NCBI GenBank assembly: GCA_020184695.1
Contig: JAANOX010000153.1
Coordinates: forward strand, 124,001-188,000
Length of the DNA: 64,000 nucleotides
Reading direction: 5' to 3'
Origin: Histomonas meleagridis 2922-C6/04-290x
Taxonomy: Eukaryota; Protista; Parabasalia
In this document: one piece after another, positions 1-11,969 of the stretch
Layout of the letters: the number at the start of each line of letters is the position of its first letter
Numbering within the stretch: the stretch's first letter is position 1
The notes under the pieces: model-generated
What the model saw: only the letters and a program-made list of their open reading frames with translations
What the model was told of the DNA's origin: nothing
The model's database searches: none
Made by a program: the position numbers and the translations under genes

Positions 1-71
1 TGAAAAGGACAATTTTTTAACAACAAATCAAAAAATTTAGCTTACGTATATAAGACATTACATTTTTCAGT

Positions 72-1442
72 ATGAAATCAAAGTGGAAGACGGCAATTCG
101 GCTTGGAGCAATTTTGGGACAGCCCCCATTTAAGAAAAGTGACAAAATGAACAACTGGACACTTTACAATCCTTTTAGTCCCAATAGAAACGCAAATAAT
201 TTCCAAAAAAGCGAACCACAAAGCGAAAAATTCCAGTATGCAATTTGTTATTCAACTCAAAATAATTACAAAAGAAATCCGATTTTTAATTCTTTTGGAG
301 CTCGATATAATGATGAAAGAACAAAAACGGTTATGTTTTTAGATCCAAACCTTGGGGTTTTCACATTTAATAGAAACAATAAGTACAAACAATTTCTCCA
401 ATTCAATGGAAATACAGATCTTTTAAAATCAGAAATTCTAATATCACCATGCGATATCTCAAAGGCGCAAAGCATAACACATAATATATCCGAACTTAGA
501 AAGCGAAATTTTGCCAATTTTTATTCAAATGGAATTCTTAATTTATCTAACATATTCCAAAGGCTGCTGAAGATTTCTAAAACTAATGAACAAATCAATC
601 AAGGTACTTTCCGTTTTATTATTTTTATGTTTTCAATTGCACTAAAAAGCAATGATAGAAACATAGTAACACATTTGATTTTAGATTCCAATCGCTTGTC
701 GGCAAGCTCAATTGATGGTGTATCAATTTATTTTCCAGAATTAATTGATATTTCAATGAAAAATTGTAACATACAAAGAAGTGCTTTAGAGCCATATCTG
801 ATAAATCTCGTTAACATTCATCATCAAAAGATTAATGTTACTGTTGGAATTCTTGATCAAATTCAACCAAAAGAATTTGTTGTTCCAGAAGTAAGCATCC
901 CTATTAAAACAGAATACCAAGCAGCACCCAGAAAGTTAACTTTAGAGAACTTCCCACCAATTTCGATAAATGTTGAAGAATGTGCATTTAACAGATTTAT
1001 TGTCTCCTTTTTCTTCACGCAGTGGAGTTACATTCAAAACAGTTCTCCTTTTTATGGTGATAATTCTGTGTTCTCTTTTATGGTTTCTCCTGATTTGATG
1101 AAGAAAGTTTACGGTGACACTTTTATGAAAGCTCAAACAAACCTATTCAATGTTAACGGTCTCCGCCATTTTGTAGGGAGAAATGCAATCCAAAAAATTT
1201 TATTAATTCTATTTCAATCAGGTTTTTGTGCACATCCAACATCTATTTCAAAGGTTCTTCTGGGGCAAACAGAAAAGTTATGTTCTGTTGTAATGCATGG
1301 AGCTGTTCAAGTTGGAACAGAATTGATGATGTTTAATCGATCATTAATTGTGCAACTGAATAGTTTTTACGATCCACAAAATGAAAATAGCGGTCAGCCA
1401 TTTTTTATTTTAAATGATCATTTATATCTTCGGAGTCCATAA
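72..1442 (+). CDS. Hypothetical protein (456 aa; true start could be the second Met)
   Basis: Long uninterrupted ORF in very AT-rich DNA with TCAGT (Inr-like) directly before the ATG. No family recognised. Confidence 0.7.
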   Translation: MKSKWKTAIRLGAILGQPPFKKSDKMNNWTLYNPFSPNRNANNFQKSEPQSEKFQYAICYSTQNNYKRNPIFNSFGARYNDERTKTVMFLDPNLGVFTFNRNNKYKQFLQFNGNTDLLKSEILISPCDISKAQSITHNISELRKRNFANFYSNGILNLSNIFQRLLKISKTNEQINQGTFRFIIFMFSIALKSNDRNIVTHLILDSNRLSASSIDGVSIYFPELIDISMKNCNIQRSALEPYLINLVNIHHQKINVTVGILDQIQPKEFVVPEVSIPIKTEYQAAPRKLTLENFPPISINVEECAFNRFIVSFFFTQWSYIQNSSPFYGDNSVFSFMVSPDLMKKVYGDTFMKAQTNLFNVNGLRHFVGRNAIQKILLILFQSGFCAHPTSISKVLLGQTEKLCSVVMHGAVQVGTELMMFNRSLIVQLNSFYDPQNENSGQPFFILNDHLYLRSP

Positions 1443-1449
1443 AATATAT

Positions 1450-1795
1450 TTTTGTTAAAATAAAACTACTTTTAATATTAACGCAAATTTTCATTTTTAT
1501 CAATATGACAAAAACTAAAATTACAGCAACTACAACTATAATTCCGCATATTACACACCCAGCAATCAACGCGACATTACTTTCTTTTCTTTCATCATTT
1601 ATATCTGCTTTTGTTAAAATAATACTACTTTTAATGTTAATACAAATTTTTATTATAAATTTTCATTTTCTTTTTTCCTTTTAATCAGTATTACGGAAAC
1701 TAAAATTACAGCAACTACAACTATAATTCCGCATATTACACACCCAGCAATCAGTGTAGTATTGCTTTCTTTTCCTTCATCATTTATATCTGCTT
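1450..1795. repeat. Local tandem duplication of the TM-coding 3' end of the downstream minus-strand gene
   Basis: AAACTAAAATTACAGCAACTACAACTATAATTCCGCATATTACACACCCAGCAATCA occurs at about 1512-1568 and again at about 1697-1753. TTTGTTAAAATAA..CTACTTTTAAT occurs at about 1451 and 1610. Confidence 0.85.
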
Positions 1796-3460
1796 CATAA
1801 AATCCGATTCTATTACCTTCAGTTATAACATTTTTTGCTTTATTTTCAGTAAAAGTTACGCCCATTCTAACTTTGAAGTTACTATTGTTATTTAAAGGTA
1901 TATAAACATTATTAACAATTTTTATATTTGTTGCAACATCTATATAAAACGAACCTCTATAATCCAATTCATTATAACCTTTTTTATCGTTTTTAATAAT
2001 ATTATTTCGAAACGTAACATTTTCTACTGAAGCAATCCATGCTATTAACCCGTAAGTATAAGCGAATGTATTAATATCAAACAAAATATTCCTTAAAATC
2101 GGAAATTTCGTTTGTAGAGCATCCACTTTACTAAATGTAGTAATTTCGATGTCACGGCCAAATTTAGAGTCAGGACTTTTCCCTTCAAATAAGTTACATT
2201 GAGAAATTACTTATTTCAACATTATTAACACCATAACCTTCGCACCAAGAATTTAATGTAAATCCAGTTACTATTTTAATTGCAGCTTGAGCAAAATCAT
2301 AAAAATAACAATTTTCTATTGATTAAATATTATAAATCCATCATTAATATTACCAGGAATTGTATTATTTAAAATTACTTCATATATTTCATTCGATTGA
2401 TCGATAACTTTTCGATCAGTAATTGTTGTTATAATATTTGTCGGTGAAAAATCTTCATAACGTAATTCGATTGTTTGTCCAATTGCTACTAAATGTAAAT
2501 TATTTCCTGAATTTGTCGAATATTTTGTTAAATAAAGTGTGTTATCATGAAAGTTTAAACAATTATCAGTACCAAATGAGAATTCACAATTTTCCATTAA
2601 GAAATATCCTTTCGATCCATAACAATGACAATGATCTGCTGTGCATGTTATATGTCTTTTAGTTTTATCTTTAGGTTTAACAATATTAACATTATCAAAA
2701 TGCCAATATTGTTGTGAACCTCCAACAGAAAATGCATGTCCAGAACATGAATAAACATAAATATTTCTAAATGTTAAATGTGTATTCGATTCAAGATTAA
2801 AACATCCATATTGATAATAACTATGTTGAAGTCTAAGATATCGATTAACGGCAAAATAAGTTGGTGTATAATCATAAATTCGAATCGAATTCGGAGATAA
2901 CCAATCAACTCTTATCTCATTAAGTTTTCTTTTTAATTCATTAGATTTAATTTTATTATCCGAAGTTTTATCTATTGGTGGTATCAAAGAAGAGTTTATA
3001 TCTAATATTTGTAAAGTTTGAACATTAATATCTTTAAGCGGATATTCATCATATTAGACAAATTCAAGTTCATATGTATTCGAAGTTTTTGATAATACTT
3101 TAACAAGACTTGCAAGTGGATTTCGACCCCAATTCCAATCGAATTTCCTTGATGAGAGGTAGCATCATTTTCTCTTTAGTGATTGACCAATCGAAAATGT
3201 AAGAAGATTTTTAAATCAGTCGAACAATATTTAACAGGTAGAAAACTTAAACCAACCACCACATGAAGCTAATAAAAGCTCAGCAACAACTGATTTTTCT
3301 TCTTCAAATAATTTCACACTAAACTTATCCCCTAATAACCAATGGTGTGACCTTTGAAGGTGTTGGAGTAGGAATTTTTGACATGTCTCAGATCGAACAA
3401 TTTAATAATGCCAACTATAGAAATTGATTTAAATAAACAAGAGAATAATGCTGTTGTTGA
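1653..3460 (-). pseudogene. Fragmented membrane-anchored right-handed beta-helix glycosidase-like gene (GH110 alpha-galactosidase-like)
   Basis: Fragments read TADHCHCYGSKGYFLMENCEFSFGTDNCLNFHDN and IENCYFYDF..SWCEGYGVNNVEI, resembling GH110/pectin-lyase-fold motifs. The C-terminal piece 1653-2126 has a TM helix and basic tail. There are several stops and frame changes between pieces. Confidence 0.6.
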
Positions 3461-3570
3461 AAAGTATCAACAGAATCAGTTCCTTGAGCATGATTTTGAA
3501 ACAGTTTATATTTAACGTTCTTTGGATTACAACCAATTTTTAATACTTTATTTGAAATTGACAATTCCGA

Positions 3571-3936
3571 ATGGAGTTTGACCCCTTTGGAGTGAACTCA
3601 AAAGAAAAAAATATTGAAATGCCAACATTTGGTTCTTTTGCTCCACCAATAAAAAATGAAAAACCACCAGAAAGCATTTTTGTTAATTCAAATAACTCAC
3701 AAAATTTTCAAACATCACAAATTCAAAAAACAGATTTAAAACAACAAACTTCATCAAACAGGTCACAATTGTCATTGTCTTTATCTCCTATTTCTTTATT
3801 ATTACAAAGAATTCCACATCCAAAGGAACAGATCAATTGTGAAAGTATATCAAATATAGTAATTGAACCATCCAAGCCTTTTGATGAAACTCCTCTTGCC
3901 ATTGAGTTACAAAAATATTGTAATCAATATCAATAA
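3571..3936 (+). CDS. Hypothetical protein, Ser/Gln-rich (possibly a truncated gene)
   Basis: 121-aa ORF with protein-like composition. No domain recognised. Confidence 0.4.
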   Translation: MEFDPFGVNSKEKNIEMPTFGSFAPPIKNEKPPESIFVNSNNSQNFQTSQIQKTDLKQQTSSNRSQLSLSLSPISLLLQRIPHPKEQINCESISNIVIEPSKPFDETPLAIELQKYCNQYQ

Positions 3937-4414
3937 TAATTATAAACAACTTTATTATCCTAAAACCATATTACATATATGCCTTTTAATAAATCTATCT
4001 TATAAAACATAATTATATGCTTTTTAAAAAATTTATCATAAATCCATATTGTTTTATTTGAACTAATGCAAAACATTAAAAAACATTTTTATATGCATTG
4101 GCATTTAGACTACATATTAGTATATTAAGCAGACTATTACTTTTTTTCTTTTCCTTGCTTATATCTGTTGTTTGATTAGGCTGTCTTCATTATCACTACT
4201 AACGCGTCGTAACCTTCATTTTGAAACAGCAAACAAATAAAAAAATAATATTTCTTCAAATGTTTACTTTTTCGGCGATTGCAGTATTATATTTCTTCAC
4301 TACTATTTCGAATTTCAAAAAATTATTATTTTAAACATATTATTCAAATTAAAATAACATTTTATTTCAGTCTAAGAACAGGTTCAAATCGTAAATAAGA
4401 ATCATATTGAAAAT

Positions 4415-5647
4415 TCAAAATCCATTACGTAAAGCTAAATCAAGCATTTTTGTTGCAAACGGATGCACAGGGTCCACAGATAAGCAGTTGTTATAGTGTA
4501 AAATGGCAACGTCAATTTTTCCAATTAATTGATATGTAAATCCAATTGATGCTAATGCCTCTGCTTGCTTAAACTCAAAGCTCAAAGCGCTTTGATAATT
4601 TGCTATAGCTCCATCAAATTCCTTTAATCTTCTAAGGCAATGTCCATAATTCAAATATGTTGCAGCAATTATGTCTTTTTCGACATTGGCTTGTTCGTCA
4701 ATAATTTTCTCGAAAAGCTTTTTTGCCTCATGCAGTTCTCCTCCCATCAAAAGAGCAACGGCTTTTTCGTGCATCAAAAAATAATTTTTTGTATTATTCA
4801 TACTCGCTTTCTGTATCCATTGCCATGCGTTTTGTATGCTATTACTTTTAAGATTTAAAGAAATAGCAAACATTGAAATAGATTGACTAGCAGGGAATCT
4901 TCGACTTGCTTTCTTTAATATTGAAAGTCCCTTATCCCACTCTGCTGTTTCTATATATATGTATAACAAACAAAGCCATGGTAATTCGAGATCTGGATCA
5001 TTTTCTGTTGCTTTTGTGATGAGCATTTCACCATACTCTGTTCGACCATTTAAGTATTGATATGAACCGCAGACCGATAACAAAAGTGCATCGTTATTTG
5101 AAGTGTGGTCAAATTTGTTTGTAAACGGTTGAAGAAGCGACGGTTGGTGAAGTGTGAATGCTTCAACGACTTTTCGCTGGATTGAAGCCGGATTAAATGG
5201 ATCATTTGTGGGTGGAAGAATATCCTCCATTTTTTTGATTGGATTTGTTTCGATCCTTGATAAATTAAATAATGCATTATCACGAATAGGTTTTAAAATT
5301 TCAGAAGTTTCAACTTCTTCAAGACTAACTAAAGGAGGTAAGAGAAGGTTTGATGTGTCACCTCCAAGAATGGATAATATTTGAGGATAAAGTTTTTGCG
5401 ATTTAAGACCTTCGCATCGAATTTTTAAAATGTAAGGGTCTCTTGCTATGTTTTGTGGTAGAGATTTTGCGTATTCTTCTAGTTCGATATATTTTGTATT
5501 GCAAAAGAATGCATAACATTTTGCAAAAATTGCTTCAAAATTATTCTGATCTGTTTCTAAGATTTGATCGGATAAAAAAATTGTTGACTTCCAATCACAA
5601 CTGTCGAGACTTCTATGTAGGGCAGCAAGCAAACTTTCTTCAGCCAT
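4415..5647 (-). CDS. CDC16: Anaphase-promoting complex TPR subunit Cdc16/APC6-like
   Basis: The C-terminal TPRs YFLMHEKAV..., NYGHCLRRLKEFDGAIANYQSAL, ALASIGFTYQLIGKIDVAILHYNNCL and PFATKML match the APC6 pattern. Confidence 0.75.
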   Translation of the reverse strand: MAEESLLAALHRSLDSCDWKSTIFLSDQILETDQNNFEAIFAKCYAFFCNTKYIELEEYAKSLPQNIARDPYILKIRCEGLKSQKLYPQILSILGGDTSNLLLPPLVSLEEVETSEILKPIRDNALFNLSRIETNPIKKMEDILPPTNDPFNPASIQRKVVEAFTLHQPSLLQPFTNKFDHTSNNDALLLSVCGSYQYLNGRTEYGEMLITKATENDPDLELPWLCLLYIYIETAEWDKGLSILKKASRRFPASQSISMFAISLNLKSNSIQNAWQWIQKASMNNTKNYFLMHEKAVALLMGGELHEAKKLFEKIIDEQANVEKDIIAATYLNYGHCLRRLKEFDGAIANYQSALSFEFKQAEALASIGFTYQLIGKIDVAILHYNNCLSVDPVHPFATKMLDLALRNGF

Positions 5648-5927
5648 TTTTCAATAAAAATAAACGTGCAAGTAATGTTGACTGTAAAGTACACAAATAT
5701 TCAACGGTTAAATGCGTTTAAACAAAAGCATTTTTTTTTCTAAATTACAACTCAAAACATACTACAAAGTAAGATAGCAGAGAAAGCATATCAAAAAATC
5801 AAGATATGTATCACTTTTTCGTAAACATTCATGTATATTTCGAAGATACATTTATTTCATAATTTATAATTTCAGAAATTATCAAAAAAAAATCAGATAT
5901 CTATGGAAATATTTTAGTTATTTAGTT

Positions 5928-7139
5928 TTAGTACTCACCATCAGATTCTTCGTTAACCACAAAAACTTTATGGTGATTAAATCCGTTGAAGAACGATGTT
6001 GGCGAGTACGTATAAGCCCCGAATTTCCTTATTGATAAGTAATCACCAATCTCCATCTTGGGCCACATCATGGAGTCATAAATTACGTCTGCCGAATCGC
6101 AAGTTTGTCCCCAAAGTGTTGTTGATATTTTGAATGAATCATCTCCTTTTCCATTTTTGCGGTACATATCGAAATGAGGCTCAGCATGATCATATGAAAG
6201 TGAGTTAAAAGCACCATACATTCCATCAGGGATGTATACAGATTGAACTAACTTATCATTAATATCATTAAATTGTCTAGCGCAAATAATTGGAAGATGG
6301 AGATCCATATATTCACTAGCAATAAAGCGACCAGGTTCGGCACAAAATTCGATATCAGCTTCATCGAAGTTTTCCTCGATGGCGCGGTTGATGGCTTTTG
6401 CGATCTCTTCGAATTTATAATTTGATGGAGCATTCGGAGGGAGGAAGCCGCCACCGATATCAATGAAGCGCACGTGAAGTCCATAGCGTTCTGCTTGTGA
6501 CTTAAGGTCAGATACATAGTTTAATGCAACTTGAAATGTGGTGACATCATCACATAATGAGCCAACATGGAAGGAGAAGCCAATGAACTTGGCTCCATAC
6601 TCTTTGGTAATCTTAAGAAGTGGATCAATTTCTTCAGTTGATGCACCAAATTTGTCACTCAATTGAATCTTGGCATTTGTGAATTTTGGTTTAACGCGAA
6701 GATAAACTTCAGCGTCAGGATAAATCTTGAGGATCTTCTCAAGTTCTTCCTTAGTGTCATAAACCATGCGTTTGACACCTTGATCTTTCGCATAGCGGAT
6801 TGCTGAATATGATTTGAGTGGATGTGAAAAAAGAATATTGCTTGGATCAACACCCAACTTGAGGATTGTTTGAATTTCGACTTTTGATGCGCAATCAAAA
6901 CCAGCGCCACGGCGAGCCAAGAATTTGAGTAAGTTTGGTTCATCACAACATTTCATTGCATAAAATGGTTTTACATCAGGCAGATTTTCCTCCCAAAGGG
7001 AAAGACTTTCACGTGGACAATTCAAATCAGCAACCCAAAATGCTTCATCTTCATCAACTTTCTCGAGAATCGAGCGAGTGTTTTTGTCCAAGCTAGAAAC
7101 AATAGTAAAGTTGTGTTCAGGAGCTTTATGTGTTGCCAT
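5928..7139 (-). CDS. ODC1: Ornithine decarboxylase (PLP-dependent, group IV)
   Basis: PFYAMKC (PLP lysine), GFDCAS, FHVGS, IDIGGGF, EPGRF, GQTCDSAD and GAYT motifs are all present. Confidence 0.95.
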   Translation of the reverse strand: MATHKAPEHNFTIVSSLDKNTRSILEKVDEDEAFWVADLNCPRESLSLWEENLPDVKPFYAMKCCDEPNLLKFLARRGAGFDCASKVEIQTILKLGVDPSNILFSHPLKSYSAIRYAKDQGVKRMVYDTKEELEKILKIYPDAEVYLRVKPKFTNAKIQLSDKFGASTEEIDPLLKITKEYGAKFIGFSFHVGSLCDDVTTFQVALNYVSDLKSQAERYGLHVRFIDIGGGFLPPNAPSNYKFEEIAKAINRAIEENFDEADIEFCAEPGRFIASEYMDLHLPIICARQFNDINDKLVQSVYIPDGMYGAFNSLSYDHAEPHFDMYRKNGKGDDSFKISTTLWGQTCDSADVIYDSMMWPKMEIGDYLSIRKFGAYTYSPTSFFNGFNHHKVFVVNEESDGEY

Positions 7140-7146
7140 TTGGAAT

Positions 7147-7151
7147 AGTGA
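7147..7151 (-). promoter_or_regulatory. Initiator (Inr) element of the ODC gene
   Basis: TCACT lies 7 nt upstream of the ATG, matching the trichomonad TCA+1Py(T/A) Inr consensus. Confidence 0.55.
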
Positions 7152-8131
7152 AGTGGAAGACTTGGCCTAACTCATCCCTGAAAAAAAAGGATATTTCTGA
7201 GTATTTCTGTGCATTCAAACAGAAGGATATTTCTGAGTTTAACCGTTCAATTTATTGTAAGGAATTCTGATAAAATTTCTTTGTCACGAGAAAATTTTGA
7301 ATTTTGAAAGAAATTTTTAATGCATTCTTCAAATGTGAAATGTTTTTCCAACAGCCGCTCTGAAAAATTGAATATAAGGAAGTTTTTTCGAAAAAACTCA
7401 TATTAACACAGTTATTCCAAAATCGATGAAAAGTGATTCCGCTGAAAGCCGATTCATTTATTGTTTTTGAAGGACTCAAATCCATTCGTTGTACAATTTG
7501 GTCAATTTTTTTCTGTCTTCCAAAAATATAATCATATAACTTCAAATGTATCACTTTCTTTATTATTTCCCTATCTAAAAATTACAGAAAATTGGGAAAT
7601 GGGGCGATCGCATTTTTGTTGTTGGGAGTGGCTACTTTTTGAGTAAAATATAATCGTTCAGAACCTGAAAAAGTTAAAGGTATCATGTTGGTTACCATGA
7701 AGAAGATAAAAATCATACCTGTATATCAATTTTATCTATATTTTCAGATTGACTTTCAAATTAGTATGCCATTGATAATGGTATTGAAGGGAAATAAATT
7801 GGATTGCTTAAAAAGTAAAATGAATTCAAAATATTTTTTATTTATGAGAAAAGAAATCATCTCAAATGCAAATTTAAAATATATATAATTTTTTAATGAA
7901 AAATATTTATGAATACATTGTATGTAAATTTACTTTGGAAAATCATTTGTATTATTAAAATAATGTAAATATAAGTAATGAGGAATTATTGAAGAAATAA
8001 AACGTATAACAGAAACAATGAGAATTTCTTTGAATCAAAAGGAATGAGAAACACTGAGATCTTTGGCCACTGCAAAATTTTTTATCACTTCATCACCCAA
8101 TTTTGAGTAACTGTGTTCGATCATTTCCTGG

Positions 8132-8638
8132 ATGCCTATAAGCCTAAGAAGAGCCCAAGTTGATGATTTAATCCAAATGCAAAATGCTAATTTACATTGC
8201 CTACCAGAAAATTATCACATGTGGTATTGGATTTATCACCATCTTATGTCACCACAATCAGCACATGTTGCAGTCGATTCAAAAGGAAAAGTTTTGGGTT
8301 ATGTTCTTGGTAAGCTAGATGAAGAGGGACGCAACCAAAAGCCTCCTGTTCCACCACATGGTCATATTACATCAGTTGCAATTTATTCAAGATATCGAAA
8401 ACTTGGATTTGCAACTAAATTACTTAGTTACACCCATTACACTCTTCGCGAATGCTTCCTTGCTCAGTATGTTAATTTGAATGTGCGTGAAACGAATCGA
8501 GCTGCACATATTCTTTATCAAAAGACATTTGGTTATAAGTTTGTTAACGTTGATGAGAAGTATTATGCAGATGGGGAAAATGGGTGGACTCTAAGGTACA
8601 CATATCCAAAATCAGATTATAAAAGCGAAAAGACGTAA
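8132..8638 (+). CDS. NAA10: N-alpha-acetyltransferase NatA catalytic subunit (Ard1/Naa10)
   Basis: MQNANLHCLPENY, GKVLGYVL, HGHITSVA, RKLGFATKL, LNVRETNRAA and KYYADGE motifs. Confidence 0.92.
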   Translation: MPISLRRAQVDDLIQMQNANLHCLPENYHMWYWIYHHLMSPQSAHVAVDSKGKVLGYVLGKLDEEGRNQKPPVPPHGHITSVAIYSRYRKLGFATKLLSYTHYTLRECFLAQYVNLNVRETNRAAHILYQKTFGYKFVNVDEKYYADGENGWTLRYTYPKSDYKSEKT

Positions 8639-8959
8639 ATAAATTAAATAATTTATGTATTTTTATTCATAATTCCACACACTTATTTGGGATAAATGCC
8701 TTTTAATAAGCAAAAATAAAATAAACATACGAAATGCATTTCCAAGAAACATGTTAAAATCGAAATAAAATAAATTCCTTTACTAATGCATCTTACAAAG
8801 TGTCAAAAGTTTTTCTTTGAATAAAAAATTGTTTTCAGCTCAGATTTATAACAAAATATTTTAGACATATACAATATTTTAATTAAACAAAAAAATATTT
8901 TTTCGATCGTATGATCTGCTTATATCTGTCTGGGTTTACATGTTACATTTTTTCGTTTC

Positions 8960-11740
8960 CTATTCTTCGATATGAGATTCACATTCTTTAAATTCTTCTT
9001 CACTTTCGTTATATTCTTTTTCGCTTTTTTGTGCTTCCTCTTCACTTTCATTTGATTCTTCCTGTTTCGATTTTCCTTCTTTGTCTTCAGGTATTATATC
9101 GAATCTTTCTTGGGAAACATATTCTGCGAGTGTTTCTTCATTAATACAAATTTGTTCTCCATTAATATCTGATATTACACTTTCATGTGAAACCATTTCA
9201 TTTGTTTCGCCTTTGAATTCACTTTCAGTTGATTCATACCATATATGATCATCAGCTTGAACTTCTTCATCATCATTTTCATTTTCTTCATCGTTATCAT
9301 TTTCATATTTCAAATCTATAGTAATTACAGAAATATTATCAGCACTATGAGCTGAATAAGCCAAATTTCTAATATTCATTGCAAACTTTTTTGCATTTTC
9401 GGAATTAATTGCTGCTTGTTGTATCATATAATCATTAACAACGTCAAATACACCATCACAAGCAATTAAAATCCATTTATCTGTTTGTTCTAATTCTAAT
9501 TCTTGTATTGTAGGTTCAGAAGAAATTCCATTAATAGAAAAATCTCCAAAAGCTCTTGATACACCTAAAAAACCTTGAATTCTTCCACCTACAACAGTTG
9601 AACCTTCATCACGAATTCGTTCAAATTCAAAACGTGATTCAGGTTTATGATCAATTGTTTGAAATCGAATTTTCCCTTCATCATCAATAATTATAATTCT
9701 TGCGTCACCTAAATGTGCAGTAATTATTTTATTACCTTTCTTTAATACTATTGCAGCTGTTGAACCATCTTTATAATTACGCTTTTGTAATACTTCATTA
9801 ATTCTTCCAATACATTTAGAAATAAATGTTTGATCAAATGTAACATATTGTGAAACAATTTTAACATAACGAAAAGCAGCAAAATATGAAGTTTTACATC
9901 CGCCATGACCATCAAACACAGCAAATGTTGAAATTCCATCTTTAATATTATTTCGTATAACTATAGCATCTTCCATTGAATCTCTAATCCCACACATTTC
10001 AGAAAATCCAATTCCTAAATTTGATTTAATCACTTTAACTGTATAATTTTTAAATAATTCGATTTGATTTGTCATTAATTCTCGAACTTCAGGAATTTCA
10101 TTAACTGAATATATAATTCCAGTTTCATCTACATCTAATATTTGTAAATTTGGAAACATTATTTTGGTGATTTGTTGTTTTAAATTAATGTTATCAGATA
10201 ATCGAAGTGATTTAAGTTCTGGACAATTAATATTTGATGGGAAACTTTCGAGTTTATTATGAGATAAATCTAAATCTATTAAAGATTGATAATTTAATTC
10301 ATCTGGAATTTGATTTATTTCATTCATTGCTAAATCAATAATTTTAATTGATTCAGATAACATTGGAAATGTTGTTAATTTATTATCAGATGCATAAAGT
10401 TTTGTAAGATTTGGTATTAATGGAATATTTGTAATATTATTTCCCATTATTACAAGTTCAGTAAGTTCAGTACATTCGGAAATATTTTTTGGAAGTTGCG
10501 TTAACTTACAAAATGAACAATATAAATGTGTTATAGATTTTGGCATTTCGATAGAGAAATCTAATATTGGATTATAAGACATATCAAATTTATTTAAATT
10601 ACTTTGAGAAAAAGTATTTGGTAATTTTTGTATTTTATTTGCACTTATGATTAAATATTTTAAATTTGGTAATAAAAAAATATCTTCTGGTAATGTTTCA
10701 ATTTGATTTTGTGAGATATCAATAAATGTTATTGTATCAAGAAATTGAAAATCATCAATTGATGTCAGGTGGTTTCGTGATAATGATATTTCTTCACTAA
10801 CTGTAAAATGTGGTGGTACAGTAAGCAAATTATTATGAAGATAACATTTACGAAGTTTTGGCGTATCACCATCAATCATTTCTTTAATGTGATTATTATG
10901 TGCAGAAAAATATGATATCGAAGAAGGTAATTTAGGAAAATATTGTACTTTATTATAACATAATTCAATATAACGTAATTCTGCAAAATAACTAAAGTTT
11001 TCAGGTACAATAGAAATTTCATTATTACGAAATGTTGCTTCACGAATACAATCAGGAAGTATTGGGAACTGAATGAGTAAATTATAGGAACAATTTAATA
11101 TTCTGAGTTTTGGTGTGCAGAAAGATAAATTGGGCAAAATTGCCAACTTATTCTTTGAAATATCAAGAAACTCTAAATTAGGCAAAAAGATATTTGACGA
11201 AATTTCTTCGATATTATTAAGAACTAATGATAACTTTGTTAACGATTCAAAACTTCCACCAATTGTTGTAATTCGATTGAAATCCATTGTTAAATGACGA
11301 ACGTTTGATGGAATTATTGGAACTTCTTCAAAACAATTTTGTGACAAATTAATTTCTTTTAATTTCGATATGTTGAGTGAAAGTGTTGTTAGCTTATTAC
11401 CGGAAAGTGTTAAACGATGAAGGTTCAAAAGTTTATTTGCTTCAGATGGAATATATTTAAGACCATTATCAGATAAGTCAAGTTCATGAAGATCTTTATA
11501 TGTTACAATTGTATCAATCATTTTTTGAGGTATTTCTTCGAGCTCATTCTTTGCAAGTTCTAATACTTTTGTTTTTTTAGCTTTTTTTGGAAGTTTCCTA
11601 ATATGATTATTTGTAAGGTGCATCTGCTTTATATTATTATTACGGACTCGATGTGGTATAAGACCTTCGATTTCTTGGTCATTTAAGTCGAGGTTTTCTT
11701 CTTGGGAATCAAAAATAGGCCTCGAGTCTTGGATTCCCAT
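8960..11740 (-). CDS. Leucine-rich repeat protein with C-terminal PP2C phosphatase domain and acidic tail
   Basis: Many LxxLxLSxNxL repeats followed by the PP2C motifs SMEDA, VFDGHGG, DGST, HLGDAR, DHKP, GVSRAFGD, ACDGVFD and DNISV. The N-terminal MG may be myristoylated. Confidence 0.9.
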   Translation of the reverse strand: MGIQDSRPIFDSQEENLDLNDQEIEGLIPHRVRNNNIKQMHLTNNHIRKLPKKAKKTKVLELAKNELEEIPQKMIDTIVTYKDLHELDLSDNGLKYIPSEANKLLNLHRLTLSGNKLTTLSLNISKLKEINLSQNCFEEVPIIPSNVRHLTMDFNRITTIGGSFESLTKLSLVLNNIEEISSNIFLPNLEFLDISKNKLAILPNLSFCTPKLRILNCSYNLLIQFPILPDCIREATFRNNEISIVPENFSYFAELRYIELCYNKVQYFPKLPSSISYFSAHNNHIKEMIDGDTPKLRKCYLHNNLLTVPPHFTVSEEISLSRNHLTSIDDFQFLDTITFIDISQNQIETLPEDIFLLPNLKYLIISANKIQKLPNTFSQSNLNKFDMSYNPILDFSIEMPKSITHLYCSFCKLTQLPKNISECTELTELVIMGNNITNIPLIPNLTKLYASDNKLTTFPMLSESIKIIDLAMNEINQIPDELNYQSLIDLDLSHNKLESFPSNINCPELKSLRLSDNINLKQQITKIMFPNLQILDVDETGIIYSVNEIPEVRELMTNQIELFKNYTVKVIKSNLGIGFSEMCGIRDSMEDAIVIRNNIKDGISTFAVFDGHGGCKTSYFAAFRYVKIVSQYVTFDQTFISKCIGRINEVLQKRNYKDGSTAAIVLKKGNKIITAHLGDARIIIIDDEGKIRFQTIDHKPESRFEFERIRDEGSTVVGGRIQGFLGVSRAFGDFSINGISSEPTIQELELEQTDKWILIACDGVFDVVNDYMIQQAAINSENAKKFAMNIRNLAYSAHSADNISVITIDLKYENDNDEENENDDEEVQADDHIWYESTESEFKGETNEMVSHESVISDINGEQICINEETLAEYVSQERFDIIPEDKEGKSKQEESNESEEEAQKSEKEYNESEEEFKECESHIEE

Positions 11741-11969
11741 CTAACCTTCCGGCAAAAGCTTCCACATTCAATTTTCAGTGATTGTAAAATCATTAGATGC
11801 ATTCAATTTTCTTTAATTTTTTTCCAGCTGGAATTCAATATTTATTAACTCAATTTTTCAAATTCACAACGTGCTCAGTTTTTGAATGACAGACAAAACA
11901 CTCAGAATTCTCTATCGTTTGGGTAACAAAATGTGGGGTACCCCAAATCACTTTTTCTAAAAACAAAAA

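Noticed and set aside
7187-7238. Direct repeat AAGGATATTTCTGAGT x2 upstream of ODC
   Set aside because: It could be a regulatory site or a micro-duplication, and nothing in the window distinguishes these.
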